Origin: Myxococcota bacterium
GTDB lineage: Bacteria > Myxococcota_A > UBA796 > GCA-2862545
Direction: 5' to 3'
Assembly (NCBI GenBank): GCA_039208735.1
Contig: JBCCQY010000075.1
Span: 1-40,896 of the forward strand
Length of the DNA stretch: 40,896 nucleotides
Made by a program: the position numbers and the translations under genes. Shown piece after piece: positions 40,513-40,896 of this stretch; position 1 is the stretch's first letter, and every line of letters begins with the position of its first letter. Below the pieces are notes generated by a model. That model worked only from the letters and a program-made list of their open reading frames with translations, was not told the origin of the DNA and did not search any database.

Positions 40513-40896
40513 GCTCTGGAGCGGGAGACCTGCAGCAATCGCTCGAGCTGCGCGTAGCCCATCAAGGGCCGACGAAATGATGCCCCCCGCGTAGCCCGCG
40601 CCTTCTCCGATGGGGTAGAGCCCCGGCAGGGTGGTGCTCTGGAGATCTTCGGTTCGCTCAAAGCGAATCGGTGACGTTGTTCGGGTCTCCGGCGCAATGA
40701 GGATGGCTTGAGGCCCCGCAAACCCGGCCAGCTTTCGGTCGAAGTCGCGGAGCGCATCCTTCATGGGTCCGGTGATGCTCGGCGGCAGCACCTCGTGAAG
40801 GTCGGAAGGTGTGACGCCAAGCGGGTAGCTCGAACGTGGTAAATCCGTAGAAGACTGGCCCGTGAGGAAGTCCACCACCCGCTGGGCCGGTGCCGC
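40504..40896 (-). CDS. NAD(P)/FAD-dependent oxidoreductase (COG2509-like), C-terminal part; 5' end outside the window
   Basis: APAQR..DFL, FDRKLAGF, APETRTTSPIR and GLYPIGEGAGYAGGIISSALDG. Confidence 0.88.
   Translation of the reverse strand, partial: AAPAQRVVDFLTGQSSTDLPRSSYPLGVTPSDLHEVLPPSITGPMKDALRDFDRKLAGFAGPQAILIAPETRTTSPIRFERTEDLQSTTLPGLYPIGEGAGYAGGIISSALDGLRAARAIAAGLPLQSCG

Overview
A 40.9-kb, GC-rich, gene-dense bacterial chromosome segment, most likely from Myxococcota. That assignment is inferred from a Myxococcus-type LexA box, a RecA resembling myxobacterial RecA1, FHA and TadE proteins, and short lipoprotein signals. Housekeeping genes include ppdK, a single-chain fused glyQS, coaX, lipB, recA, comM/yifB, nadB, two CDP-alcohol phosphatidyltransferases, pyrD and tRNA-Gly(GCC). 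Points of most interest: (1) a yehL-yehM-yehP-yehQ-type MoxR-AAA/DUF5682/vWA system whose genes stay on one strand in canonical order but are split over about 14 kb by unrelated genes, with a SWIM-less YehQ-like component; (2) a comM-recA operon behind a near-consensus sigma54 promoter, followed by a LexA box in front of an unknown small gene and a structured RNA-like stretch; (3) a Tn3-family-like terminal inverted repeat truncating a thiolase gene at the left edge; (4) a DnaA-box cluster beside tRNA-Gly with no dnaA in view; (5) a TipA-type MerR operator. No CRISPR array, integrase or transposase ORF was seen. All family calls come from motif recognition by eye, not from database searches.
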